64,000 nt of DNA from assembly GCF_009834535.1 (NCBI RefSeq), contig NC_045696.1, positions 117,058,001 through 117,122,000 on the forward strand, written 5' to 3'. Under the pieces are notes generated by a model. It searched no databases. It was given only the letters and a program-made list of their open reading frames with translations, and was not told where the DNA came from. Source of the stretch: Camelus ferus (lineage: Eukaryota). Below are positions 50,092 through 62,545 of the stretch, piece by piece; the first letter of the stretch is position 1; every line of letters begins with the position of its first letter. Both the position numbers and the translations under genes were made by a program.

Positions 50092-51428
50092 TCAGTCTGC
50101 CGTCCTCATTTCTAGAAGTTACTGAAGACCCCAGAACCTTTGTGTGATACTGAGCAGGGGGAGGGGGAGGGGATGCATCCCATAATACCCGTGATTAGAT
50201 TTCCCAGCATCACAGCAGGAGGAGTCAGAACTACGTTGATTCAAGCAAAATAAAGTAAAATTTCCTGCACACCTGTGGCCCAAGATTCATACCCACTCTG
50301 CATAGTTGCTTCATCTGAATTCCACGTTTATCAGTTACTAGGAGGAAACCTTTTAATTTTTTTTCTCATAATCATGCCTAAGGTATCATGATGTGGAATA
50401 CCAATTTCCTAAACGTGTTCCTAAGATATCGTGGGTTCCAGAGAAAGTCCCAAATTGCTTGCTTTTGATTCAACGAAGGCAGACTTTGACTAATTGTGTT
50501 GCTGCTAAGATTTGGAAATAATTGAATCTCTGTTTCTGTCTTTTGATCCAAGTCCTAGAGAGTAGTTCTCAATGTAATAATATTTTCCTAGCATTCCTTC
50601 AGTAGTCAAACAAGAATGTAATCCAAAAAGCCCCCTGTATTCACAGAGACAATGCACTTATGATGAAACCACAGAAAGAAGTTGTAATTAATGCAAGAAA
50701 TAATGCGAACAATCTATTAACATAATCTGAATGAAATCCTTGCACTGTTAAATGCAGACACTAAGTGCTCATATAATACTTTATTAATTAACAAAGTATT
50801 TATCCACAGGGAAATGAGGATAAGAGACCATACACTTTGTCAGACTACAGGAAAATGTATTAGTGCTTCATAAGAAATGCATACAGTTCAAACAATAGCA
50901 TGATTATCTTTTTAAAGCAATTACATTTAATCTCAGAAGAAAGAATAAATACATTAATTCTTCTGTGTTCCCTGATAAGCCACCAAGATACATAAATGAT
51001 CATTTTTTTTTTCCTACAGCTCTGGAGGCTGGTGGCAATGCAGTGTGTGCCGCTCAGACCACTTAGCACATGAAAACACATTATGAGATTAACTGACTCT
51101 GGGCTGAATAGAATTCCTTCCCCCGGAAAGTTGTGGTTTGTACTTGACTTTGCACCTTCCTTTCAGCTTTGGAGATTCGGAGGATGAGAACTTGCATCGC
51201 CCATACGTAATAATAGCATTCGGTACTGAATGCCAAGTCTTTTTCCTAGGATGGGCTGAACCAAGTATGATCATTGAGAATGCCTTTTCCCTTTAAATAT
51301 CCAAAGGCAATGAAAGCAAAGGAGTTACCTGCATGACTTCTTTCTCATGGCCCCATCCAGGCTCTCCGTGGCTTCATGGATGCTGTGTCTCTTGGCTGCT
51401 AGCTTTCTAGAAATAGCCCTTTTGAATA

Positions 51429-51604
51429 CTCCTACGCTGTTGGTGGGATGTACTTTGGTGCAGCCACTATGGAAAACCATATGGAGAGTCCTTTAAAAAA
51501 TTGAAAATAGAGTGACCCTATGATCCAACAATCTCACTCCGGGGCATATAACTGGAGAAGACTCTAATTCAAAAAGATACATGCACCTCAATGTTCACAG
51601 CAGC
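51429..51604 (+). mobile_element. Internal L1 fragment (ORF2 C-terminus), no tail
   Basis: ctgttggtggg...gtgcagccactatggaaaac...aaaagatacatgcacctcaatgttcacagcagc, then unique DNA. Confidence 0.85.
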
Positions 51605-52741
51605 TCTCCTTAGAGGGGAGGAGACGTTCTGCCTTTCTCCCTTAAGGCAGTCACAGTTGCCTTGGGGAAAAAAAAGATGCACGCAGGTAAACCCAAGGGC
51701 AGGAAGGAAGTCAGCCCTTTGGACTGTGGCTACAGATTGTTTCAGATGCTACTCTGAAGGTTCTAGCCTCTTGGCTGGGATCACACGGTGGTAAACACTG
51801 GATTCAGGATTCAAACTCTGACCGTGTGACCTCGGATGGAGTGCATGCTTCACACCACTGCCCCATTGTGTCTGCTGCTTTCCAGGAATCTCTGAAAACT
51901 CCTTTGTAGAAGGACTCCTGTGACCCCATGGCATGAAATCCCTTTCTCTGGACTGGTGGTACGAGAGGCATCTTTATTTTTGGTAAATTTGTTTTGAAAT
52001 AATACACAGGCTGTCATAATAATACTGCCTGATGGGAAGTAAAAGGCTGAAGTCCAAGTTCCAGAAACCAGAGATGGCATCCAAGAATCATCAGAATCTT
52101 AGAGGCGGGAGACTGATAACAGGTAAGGTTTCTGCCCATGGACCGGGGTCCGCTTCTGTTCTTGCATTGCCATCCTGTAAACCCACTAGTCATGCCCAGC
52201 CTTTCCACCTGATAATCAGTTTCCTTATTTCTCATTTTAGGCTTGGCAATTTATTGTTATTTTAAAAAATTTAATGTTTAAATTCTGGGTGAGATTTATT
52301 CAGTTCAGAACACATGAGAAATTTTTTATGGCAGAGCAAGTGTCTGCCTTCCAGAACCTTCATTGCGACCTGTGTTTTCAACTGCCTGATTCTTAAAATG
52401 AATTCCAAAAATGCCTTTGGGGCACTCAACCCAGGTAGAGAAACTTTATTCGTGGTCTTTTGACCTAGTCAGTAGCAATGATAGCATTTCTAAGCAGAGA
52501 TAGCCGGTACATGATCACAATGCATTAGCGGGAATATGAAGCCAGTAACACTGAACTTTATTGACAAGCTGGAGAAACGTTTATTCTCTGGCAGGGAGGA
52601 AGGCTGCGTGGCGTATCTTCTCGCCTGGATGGCAAGTGGTCCAGGTAACAAGAGTTCAGTGGGGCTTTAAGGAATGAGCCACATGTGGTTGTAAATAACT
52701 GTGCTTGCTGATTCTTTAAAAAAAAAAAAACAGACTTTCAG

Positions 52742-52895
52742 TTTTTTTCTAATTATTTTAAAATTTAATTTAAAAAAATTGAAGGGGGTAGGTAATCAGA
52801 GGTATGTATGTATGTATGTACGGAAATATTGGGGATTGAACCCAGGACCTCACGCATGTTAAGCACGTGCTCTACCAATGAACTATACCCTCCCC
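52742..52895 (-). mobile_element. tRNA-Ala-derived camelid SINE with internal (TATG)n
   Basis: ggggattgaacccaggacctcacgcatgttaagcacgtgctctacca...ctataccctcccc. Confidence 0.9.
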
Positions 52896-53704
52896 TCTTG
52901 CACTTGTTTATTTTGGAAACGGGCTTTACTCAAGAAAGACCTTGAGATTCATGTAGTCAAAACTGTGTCCTTAACGCTGTACCGGAAGTGATCCAGGGTC
53001 ATCACCACGTCTCTACGTTGGATGACTGTGTCTGGGAGAATCCACTCTCTAACTGGATAACACGTTATGCAGAACTGATTTATGGGAAAAATTTATCCTT
53101 AGGGTAGAAAAAGAGCAGAGAGATTCAAACCTGGCACATTTGGAGGATAGAGTAGTTTCCCAGGAGGAGGAAAAGCCTGTAAAAGATTGCTTGAAGTAGC
53201 TAAAATCAGATTTATAATGATTCTAACTCCAGTTTCCAGGTTCTTTTTGGAGTCACTGAAAGTCACTCTGAATGTACTCATTAGAAGTTACTGTCTTATG
53301 TGAGTGGTGTTAGGGAATTAATCAGCCCAGAAGACCTCAAATCCAACATGGCCAGGAGTCATGGCCTCAAGGAGGCCTCTGGAGATGTCTAGGTGGACTG
53401 CCCTGTTACACGCTCCTGGGGAGCCCTGCCTTTCTTAGCAGCACCTACCACAGTTATAACTAGCAACACCAGGATCTCTGTTCCCCGGTCTCTCCCATTC
53501 TAATAGTCCATTTGACTTCTTTCTCTATGGGGGAAGCTAACAACTTGCTTTGCCTCTCTCAGGATGCCCAGAAATGGACTTTAATTCTCTCGGTATCTGT
53601 CACCTCCTGGTTGGAAACTGCTCCCAGCTCAATCTGGATCCGCCTCCACCATCTAATGACCCCTCTCGCCCTCAGATCCTGCCCTCTTGCCTTCATTCTC
53701 TCTG

Positions 53705-53807
53705 TAGGGGTGACCTACCATCCTAGTTTGCCTGCATCCTGGGTGTGGGACTTCCTAGGATAAAACTGGGTATGTCATGAGCAAATCTGAATGAGTTGTC
53801 CGCCTTA
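53705..53807. mobile_element. MER81/MER94-like hAT-Blackjack element
   Basis: taggggtgacctaccatcctagtttgcctg...aaaactggg...gagttgtccgcctta. Confidence 0.5.
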
Positions 53808-54028
53808 TTCTCTAGGACACCAGGCTACAGCTCTTATGTACAGCAAAACGCCCTGAAGGATTGTGGACAACAAAGATGACATAAAAGTGCAAAAGAGAAA
53901 AATACCCACTTAGAGTTCAGACACCAGTGTAGCTAAGGGTCTGGTCCTCTCTCCTCTTCACCTTGGTCCAAAAAACACAACAAACCCTAGCAGTTCTAAA
54001 ACTCCAATCCATCTTCCAGGGATTGAAA

Positions 54029-54366
54029 GTGTGATGAACTCAGTGTTTACTGTCCCCCCACGAATTCATACATTGAAATCCTGACCCCCAGTGTGAATTA
54101 AGAGGTGGGCCTTTGGGAGATGAGGACGGAACTCTCGTGAATCAGATTAGTGCCCTTATAAAAGGGACCCCAATACGCTCTCTTCTCCTCTGATACAATG
54201 AGAAAACTGCCACCTGCAACCTGGAAGACACCTCCCACCAGACACTGAGTCTACAGGTACCTTGGTCTTGGACTTCCTGGTCCCCAGAACTGTAAGAAAT
54301 ATACCTCTGTTGTTTATAACCCATCCAGTTTAGGGTATCCTGTGACAGCAGCCCAGATTGACTGAA
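54029..54366 (+). mobile_element. MLT1A-like MaLR LTR
   Basis: aattcatacattgaaatcctgaccccca...gattagtgcccttataaaag...cttggacttcc...cagaactgtaagaaata. Confidence 0.88.
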
Positions 54367-55139
54367 AGGTTCTGAATAGATCTTCAGGCAGATTTCGACA
54401 TGAGAGAAGATGGATTTGCCTTTTAGAAAGAGGCCTCCTGCAACAATCTAGGTAACTAATGGAGCAGGGGTGCAGGGAAATGGCCTTTCTGTGGCAAACA
54501 CTATATCTTGTGACAATTAAGCACTCAAAAAATGCCTGTTGAATCCAACCATAAATACCCTAAAATATGTAAAGAGTAAACTGAAAAAGATTTTATTATG
54601 AAAAAAATCATACTATCTCCTATAAGAAGAGCCCCAGTGTTAGTGGGTTCTGGAGTTCATTCAATGGCTCCTTGCTGTTATCAAGAACCTGTCCCTTCTG
54701 TCATTCGTTTCTGCCACCACTTGCACCTTTGCTACGTCTCCTTTCACTGTCATGAGGTGGTGGTACTGATTCTAGGAGCCCTAGACCCTAGGGCCATATC
54801 CATAGAGAAAAAGGTGGAATTACTCCTGTTCTTTTTGAGCTGGGGTTGGAGATGTATCTACAGAAGCTCACACCAGGTTGCTTTTTCAGCCTTCCATGGT
54901 TAATGAAGGGAGGTTAGAAAAATTAATCTCTAGGAGAGGGATGCTGGCTCTCCCTGCCAGAAGTGGGAAGGCTATTCACTGGGCAGCACACAGAGACTTC
55001 TACTCATAGGAAAAGTGGGCTGTTGTCAGTGATTTGGGGCAGAGAGATTTCCCATAACATTAATTTATGCATAGAATCTCTGATAATTTTTCAGCCATGT
55101 TGCAGTAGAAATGGACTACATGTGCAACTGAATGAGTTC

Positions 55140-55383
55140 TTCCTCCACAATGCATAGAAAGATAACCTTTCCCAGCTCTTCTTGCAGTTAGAGTGGGGCC
55201 ATGTGACTGAGTTCTGGTCAATGGAAAGTGGGTAGAAATGTCTTTGAGGAGGCCAACCAAGAGATCCGTATCTTCCACAGAAGACTGAGATTCCAGTAAA
55301 AAATTAACCTGTACTGATTTCTGTCATTACAGATTCTAAGTTTATGTGTCATTGCAGCATAATCTCTCCTGCCTTGCTTCACA
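55140..55383 (+). mobile_element. Old MLT1 (I/J/K-like) LTR fragment
   Basis: ttcccagctcttcttgcagttagagtggggccatgtgactgagttctggtcaatggaa. Confidence 0.75.
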
Positions 55384-55982
55384 GTCTCTTCTAAGGAGAA
55401 AAATCTTATTCAAACTCCAAGTAGCACTTTTACTGAAGGTGTGCAAAGTCAAAACTGAGAACATCATTCATTCTTTATAATATATCCCTGTGGCTCCAGA
55501 AGTCCACTTAGATTGACAACTTGACTAGATTCACATCTTGAAAATCGTTTCCCTTAGCAGAGTTTATCTGTGAAAAAAAAAAAAAAAAGACAGAGCCCAT
55601 TAACTTATCTTCATCATCTCCACAGAAGAAACCATAAATTCAAGAGGAGGCTGGGCTCAATTTTGTTCTATAAGATAATGTTAAAGGAAGCATTATGGGG
55701 TCAGTTATACGAATCCTTACATTTCACATCAGTCTACGTAACCTTAACTGTTGTCACTGTGTCATTCAAGCATTCAGTAAAATGTGGGCAGATTTTGTTA
55801 ATATCCGGGGATTATAAAGATGAACAGTGCTTTGTCCTTACAGAGATAACGGTTTATAGGTTAATAGTGAAAGCTTCACGTCATGTGGGCAATGATAGCA
55901 GTCTGGAGAGGGTTACTGAGTAGTGCAGAAAAGAATGTTACTAAATCTGCCTGGAGGGACGATTCTGGTCTACATATCACAC

Positions 55983-56344
55983 TGTCCCAGTCTGTATATG
56001 CTGCTCTAGCAAATTAGCATAGACTGGGTGGCTTATAAACAGCAGAAATGTATTTCTCATACTTATGAAGGCTAAGAAGTCCAAGATCAAGGTGCCAGTA
56101 GGTTCAGTGTGTGGTGAGGGCCACCTTCTGGTTCATAGGCTGTCTTCTTGTCATAACATCACTGGTAGAAGGGGCAGTGGAGCTGCCCAGGGTCTCTTTC
56201 ATAAGGGCATTGACCCCACTCATGAGGGCTCCACTCCCACGATCTAATTCCCTCCCAAAGGCCCCATTACAACACCATCATGCTGGGCATTAGTTTTCAG
56301 CATATGAGTTGGGGGTGGAATATAAACATTTAGTCTATAGCACA
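55983..56344 (-). mobile_element. MLT1A/B-like MaLR LTR
   Basis: agactgggtggcttataaacagcagaaatgtatttctca...aagtccaagatcaaggtgcc...ataagggcatt...aaacatttagtctatagca. Confidence 0.88.
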
Positions 56345-56599
56345 TACATAAAGCCCAGTTTAGTGATAAGGATGATGTCAATATCCATTGATGTTACCTT
56401 TTATCCTTACTCCAAAGCTACGTCCTGGCCAATATGAAGGCATTTTTGTTTGTGCTAGAATCTTGGGCAAAATTGCTGAATACTTAATAACTGGCTTTCT
56501 GAGTCTATAACAAGCCAGTTCCAAAATTCTCCTCATCAGTGTATCTCAATCTAAGAGTACTTTAAAAATACTCTTTAAATGGTGGATTTTCTAAAGATG

Positions 56600-57000
56600 T
56601 AGTCATTCATTCCTTCAACAAACATTATTTCTGCACCTCCTAGGTGCTCAGCCCTATTGCCCATGCTGAGGGTATATAAGAAAACAGAACAGACTTGGGT
56701 CCTGTCATTGTGGAGTTTCTGTTCTGGTGGGGAGTGCTGAGTGTGATGGAGAAAAATGAAGTGGGGTAAAGGGGCTACTGAGATCTTGCAGGAAATGCTA
56801 CCTTGTATAGGATGGTCAGGGAACTCTTTGATCAGATCATGTTTGAACAAGGTTTGAAAGAAGTGATGGAGAGAGCCATGCAGATAAAGAAGAGGGAGTG
56901 TGCTTGGCATGTCTGAGGAAGAGCAAGAAGACCATGGGTCCTGAATGGAAGGAGCAGGGGATACAGTGGCAGGGAGTCAGGCAACACAGGTACAGGGACA
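56600..57000 (-). mobile_element. L2 3' region
   Basis: tcattcattccttcaacaaacatt...gtgcttggcatgtctgaggaagagcaagaagacca. Confidence 0.8.
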
Positions 57001-57162
57001 CAGTGAGGGGGGTGGGTACTGTGGACAACTGTCATATATCAAATGCCTCCTCGGTGGTAGCAGTAGTGGTAAGAATTGTATAGATATTGTTTCATCTTTA
57101 CGAAGCTATGAGGGAGTTAATATTCCCCTCCTTTTACTAATGATTGACTTGAGGCTTATAGC

Positions 57163-57775
57163 AGTGTTTGGGTTACTCCAACAGTAAATCTTGAGACAAG
57201 GATCTGAGTGCAAGTAGTTTATTTGAGAGGTGATGCCTGAAGATGCCAACAGGAAATTTGGGCAGTAAGTTAGAGAAGGAAGCAAAACAGAAAAAAATGA
57301 TGTGTTAAGTCAATGACCACTATGGGCAAAGGAAGCTTCCTCCCATGGAGGTGAGATGACTCTAGAAGCCAATGTAGGGGGGAGGGTATAGTTCAAGTGG
57401 TAGAGCACGTGCTTAGCATGCACGAGGTCCCAGGCTCAGTCCCCAGTACCTCCATTAAAAATTTATTTTTAAGAAATAAAAGCCAATGTAGAACATATGC
57501 TCCTCAGAGTTGTCATACCTGAAGGGTAATATTTATACCCTAGATTGGAGTATTTATACCCCAGACTTCCATCGGTCTTGTAGGTTTGGGCTGTTCTCAA
57601 AAAAGCATTAATTCTCTGTGCCGTTGGCTTGTTACACTTTTCGGACATGCTTCAGGCCACCAGGAGAAGCCTTTAGACAAAGATTTTCAGGAGTTAGCAG
57701 TTGGAAGTTGGCCCCAAGGTGCATAAACCACACGTGGGTGCAGACATGCATGGGGCACTGACAGTTAACTGCTGC
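57163..57775 (-). mobile_element. LTR33/LTR16-like ERVL LTR, interrupted by a SINE
   Basis: tgagacaaggatctgagtgcaagtagtttatttgagaggtgat; ggagtatttatacc. Confidence 0.7.
57377..57479 (+). mobile_element. tRNA-Ala-derived camelid SINE, short form
   Basis: ggagggtatagttcaagtggtagagcacgtgcttagcatgcacgaggtcc; perfect TSD aagccaatgtag (57366-57377 / 57480-57491). Confidence 0.93.
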
Positions 57776-60149
57776 AGGCAGTTAAGGAACTCAAGTTCTG
57801 CAGAGTCTGGATTTGCTCATACGGTGGTGCAGGAGGAAGAACTTAAAATATCAGTAGGCCCTCAGTGAGGCTTATCTCTGTGTCCCACGGAAGGTACACA
57901 ATCTTTATTTAACAGGGTTGGTGTAATCCCCCTGCTTTGAACACGAGTAAAGGTTCATCACGAGTATTCCAACTCGTTTTCTTCAACTACCCAGAAGTGC
58001 GACCCCCCAGAGTCATGAATTTTATTTCAACGTGATGGCAGATCTCCAGACCCTTTCAGAAGTGCCAGCAAGGAGGTTTCCATGAGATCTGAAGCCACGG
58101 TTGTCTAAATCTAGGTCGGAGATTTGCCATGACGCATGGTGCCGAAGAGGACACAAGGTGTTACTTGGCGTCATTGAGGATTAGATTTGGTTCTTCCTTC
58201 TCTGAACTGTGACGGCCGGGAAGCTGAGGGATGGTACAAAGTGAGACAGGACTCAGTGCTGCAAGAAACAGGAGGTGGGACTATCGTGTTAAGAGGGGAG
58301 GCTGCGGCATTCTCAACAAAGTGCCGTTACACTTGTCCAAGGGGTCTCGCCATGTACCCACATAAATAGATACAAAGCTGCTCTGGCTTGCCGGGAGCAG
58401 CCTGTGTGTGCCTGTGGTCTCTGCTCATCCATACGTGACACTCAGAAAAAAAAGAGACGGGAAGTGGAATTGACTGGAAAGAGCCCTTTGGGGTAAGCCC
58501 ATCCTTCCTGGGTACTCCGGGAAAAGCCACAGTCTTCAAAGGGAGTGATCAGGCTTCCAAAGGAAACCCTGCGGGGAGTGTCATACAGAAGGCTTTGCAT
58601 AAATTAAGTGAGACACAACCGTTCCTCGACCTGAGAGACCACATTGTTTTCCTCTCCAGTCTCCAGTTAGATGACTCATTTGAAATGGTATCCAACATGC
58701 CTGTCCCTAGGCTAGGAGTAAAATAGCAATTTTGAGGCTGAACATACAGGGAAGAGAACGAAAGGATGAAAGCCATCAAAGTAAAATGGGGCATGTTTTT
58801 TTGGGGAAAAAAAAGGCTACAACATGGCAAAGATAATCCCATTCTTTGCTGATATGTAAAGAGCCAGAATTAAATAGATGTTAAAAGCATGTTCAAGAGA
58901 AGCACTTGTTCCTGGGTGTAGAAAAGTGAATATTACGGCAGAGGAAGACACGATCAAAACCAATGGCTTTCAACCATTTTTTAAGCAGCAGAATGCTTTT
59001 ATTCAAATGGAATCGTACATGGTGTGCAATTGATAAAGCAGATAAAAATGCAGCTGCTCCAGTAGAGTAAGAGGAGGCCAGGGCACTGTACCTCTGCGTC
59101 TCTTTTTTCTCCCACAGCTGGTCCTGTAGCCCTGCCAGGGAATCCTTGCACTCTGCAAAATGGAATCTGAAAAGCAAACATTGGAAGGTTACAGCTTCAA
59201 TCTGTTTCGTACTTTTCACGGATGTTAAATACCATTAGCTCCTTTCAAACTGGTAGACATACCCTAATAAAGTTGCCCATCTTTCTCTTTTCTTGTGGTC
59301 ACCGTTTTGCAGTCTGCAAATTGAGCTGCAAGATCAGCCAATGAAAGTCCAGGGTTTGAACCAGCCCATCGCACACTCCCGTGTCCCCGCTGGGATTGGC
59401 AGGAGACAGCAGTGTGTGGACGATGTGTGATATTCACACTGGTAATAAAATTCCTGCCTGACCTCGTAATCTGATTTATTTGAACTTCTTATCGCTTCTC
59501 AGATCCTTGACCCTGGGACTGTGGGTAATTTGCATCGTTTCGACTGAGTAAGTTGGTTATATTTAATATTTATCTCGAGGAGGTCAGAGACCTTTGGTGA
59601 ACTCTGTGTCTAGTTAGCTGCAATGATTAATTCATACATTCCCAAAGCTAAAGGATGCTTTCTGTGAACTGTCTGCATCCTTCTTTGAAATGCAGCAGGA
59701 TGGTTTAATGGCTTAAATTCACTAGTGATGGAGGAATGAGGAGGGCTCCGTGCTTCTGGTCCCATGGGGAACTGTAGGCACAGAATTAGAAAGGGCTATT
59801 TAGCCCCCACGTAAGCCATAACCAGAATGGAGCAGTCCATGGCCCTATAATTTAAATCATCATCGGTCTCCAGGGAGGAGGACAAGGTGTGTCTTCATCA
59901 CTTCTGAGGGGATGATCTGAGGGGTGGGAAAGTAGCCTATAACATATCTGGTGCTTAAAGATACAGCCAGGGGAGCAGGGGTTGGGAGAAATACAGAAAT
60001 TCAAACTCCTAAGTTCTTCCTGCTTGCAGCCTACTTTCTTGGATGTGAAATGGGAACAAGAATAAGTACCAAGGTAGGTTAGTAATAACTCAAGAATAGT
60101 CACCCTTCCCCAGTACCTTCACAGGGGGAATAAACTTTCCCACCCCGTT

Positions 60150-61252
60150 GATGTGTTTGGCTGGACTGACCTCACGCTGGGCACAGGGCACTTCACCACA
60201 ATTTGGCTTTGAGCTCCGCTATGTGACTTGCATAGGCTGATGGAGTATCAACAGACAGCACGTGTTAACAGTGGAAAGTGTGCTTGCTGTAAGCAACACA
60301 TGCTTTGACTCTCCTACTGGCTAAGGAGGAGAGGCTGATGCAACAGACCTGGCTCCAACCTGCAGCCTATACGACCAACCCCCGGCTGACCACAGATGCA
60401 TGAGCAAGAATAAACGTGTTTTTTCATTCTTATTTTTTATTGAAGTGCAGTCAATTTACAATGTCAGGTGTACAGCAAAACAAATTGGTTCCACGTGTAC
60501 ACACACACACACACACACATGTGTTTTCACATATACATATACATACATATACATGTTTTCATATATATATACATTTTCAGATTCTTTTCCATTACAGCTT
60601 ATAACAAGAAATTGAATATAGTTTCCTGTGCTATACAGTAGGTCCTTGTTGTTCATCCATTTTATATATAGTAAAGTGTATCTGTTAATCCCAAACTCCT
60701 AATTTATCCCTCCCTGCCCCTGCATAACCACAGTTTGTTTTCTACATCCATGAGTTTATTTCTGGTTTGCAAATAAAATTTGTATCTTTTTTTATAGATT
60801 CCACATAGAAGTCACATTATAGGATATTTGTCTTTTTCTGTCTGACTAACTTCACTTAGTATGACAATCTCTAGGTCCATCCATGTTGCTGCAAATGGCG
60901 TAATTTCATTCTTTTTTATGGCTGAGTAGTATGTATATATATATACCACATCTTCTTTATCCAGTCATCTGTTGATGGACATTTAGGTTGCTTCCATGTC
61001 TTGGCTATAGTAAATAGTGCTGCTATGAACATTGGGGGTGCATGTATCTTTTTGATAGAGTTCCTTTAGGATATATGCCCAGGAATGGGATTGATGGCTT
61101 TGTTGGTGGGAATGTAAATTGGTGTAATCACTATGGAGGACAATATGGAGGTTCCTTAAAAAACTAAAAATAGACTTACCATAAGAATAAATGCATTTCA
61201 AAGTCACTAAGTTTTAGGGCACTGTGTTACACAGCAATGGCTAACTAATACA
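60150..61252 (+). mobile_element. MLT1-type LTR (60150-60420 and 61183-61252) split by an L1
   Basis: ctatgtgacttgc...ctgaccacagatgcatgagcaagaataaa | aagtcactaagttttagg...cacagcaatggctaactaataca. Confidence 0.8.
60421..61182 (-). mobile_element. 5'-inverted (twin-primed) L1 insertion
   Basis: Antisense 3' end 60421-61097, sense piece 61100-61183; TSD aagaataaacgtgtt / aagaataaatgcatt. Confidence 0.9.
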
Positions 61253-61699
61253 CTTAGGTTATCATAAGGATTAAGTGAGGTAACATATACAAAACACCTA
61301 ATATAAAGTCCATTAATCAATAAACACTAAATAAAGATTTTCTGCTATTGTAAATAATGCTCACACTATTTGGGTCAATATTTTTTCCTTCAAATGTTGC
61401 TGATGCATAAATGGGTATCACATAGTCTTCTGCCTGGAGTCTTATGCTGGTGGGGAAACGCGTGACAGTAAGGTCCCTTCACGTTTCAAGGCAAGCTCCC
61501 CTCTGCCTGCCCTGCTTTCTAGCTCTTTCACATCCCATGTGGAACACCAAAAGCTGACAAAATTAGGCTCTCTATGGGACCTTGTTTCTTTTGAAAAGAG
61601 ACCTCTTCGTTGCAGCTACCAAAAATGGTGGACTTTCGGCAAGCCTTTCTGGGTATACAGCACTAAGGATCTGAAAGCTTGTGGTCTGATGCTGGCTTT

Positions 61700-61850
61700 G
61701 CCTGAGGAACTTAACCTCCCTGAACTTCCCTGATTTACATAATGGGGCTGATTATAATTGCCAACCTCACAGGATTGTTGTGCGAATTAACTAATGTTTG
61801 TAAAGTGCTTAGAGGTCCATAGATGAAAGGTGCTATATAAGCCTATTATT
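61700..61850 (+). mobile_element. MIR fragment
   Basis: aacctcacaggattgttgtgcgaattaa...gtaaagtgcttaga. Confidence 0.75.
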
Positions 61851-62464
61851 ATGTCATCAAAAATGAAATTCCAATAAGATTACACTTTCATTTAGATTTC
61901 CATTAATTTTGTCATCATTTCAAGATTAATCCTCACGGGTTTTCTAGAGCAAAAATAAATAAATAAATGGGAGAAAAGGATGATATATTAAAATACGAAG
62001 CATTCATATGGAATGGAAATTACCTACAAAAAGCTAACATTTAAAAGTGATTTTTAAATTATTATCCTTTAATGAGCCCTGATCATGTAATCACTATTAT
62101 GTAAAACCTAGATATGGTCTCTGAGTTTACAAACTAAATTATGAACCTGGCTAATTAAATAGCTAACATTTCCTATTTCAACTGTGTTGAAATGAATGCT
62201 ATATAAAGACCTCTAACTCAGTTCATTTTTAAATTGGACCTCTTGTTATAGGAAATAGCCTCAAAAGATTCAAAGAGATGATAAATGCATAAGGAGTGTA
62301 TTTATGAGGTTATCATGTGGTCTGCTTAATTCTACACTGGGTCTGGTGTGAAATGGCATTGATACTCAGACTCAGTAAAGTGACCTGTAGGTAATTAGTA
62401 CCATAAAGTTCGAGTATAAACCCTCTCATCAAACCAGGAAATGTTAGATCTTGAACATCTGGTT

Positions 62465-62545
62465 TAATGTCCTCATTTTACAGATAAGAAAACAGAGCCT
62501 ACGAGTGTTTAAATAATTTGCACAAAGTCACAAAGCTATCCAATG
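62465..62545 (-). mobile_element. MIR fragment
   Basis: ctcattttacagataagaaaacagagcc...aatttgcacaaagtcaca. Confidence 0.7.

Noticed and set aside
59100..59190. Candidate exon after the strong acceptor tcttttttctcccacag (similar acceptors at ~8338, ~24220, ~51018)
   Set aside because: Isolated splice-like signals with no consistent coding frame or exon chain; a lncRNA cannot be excluded without RNA data
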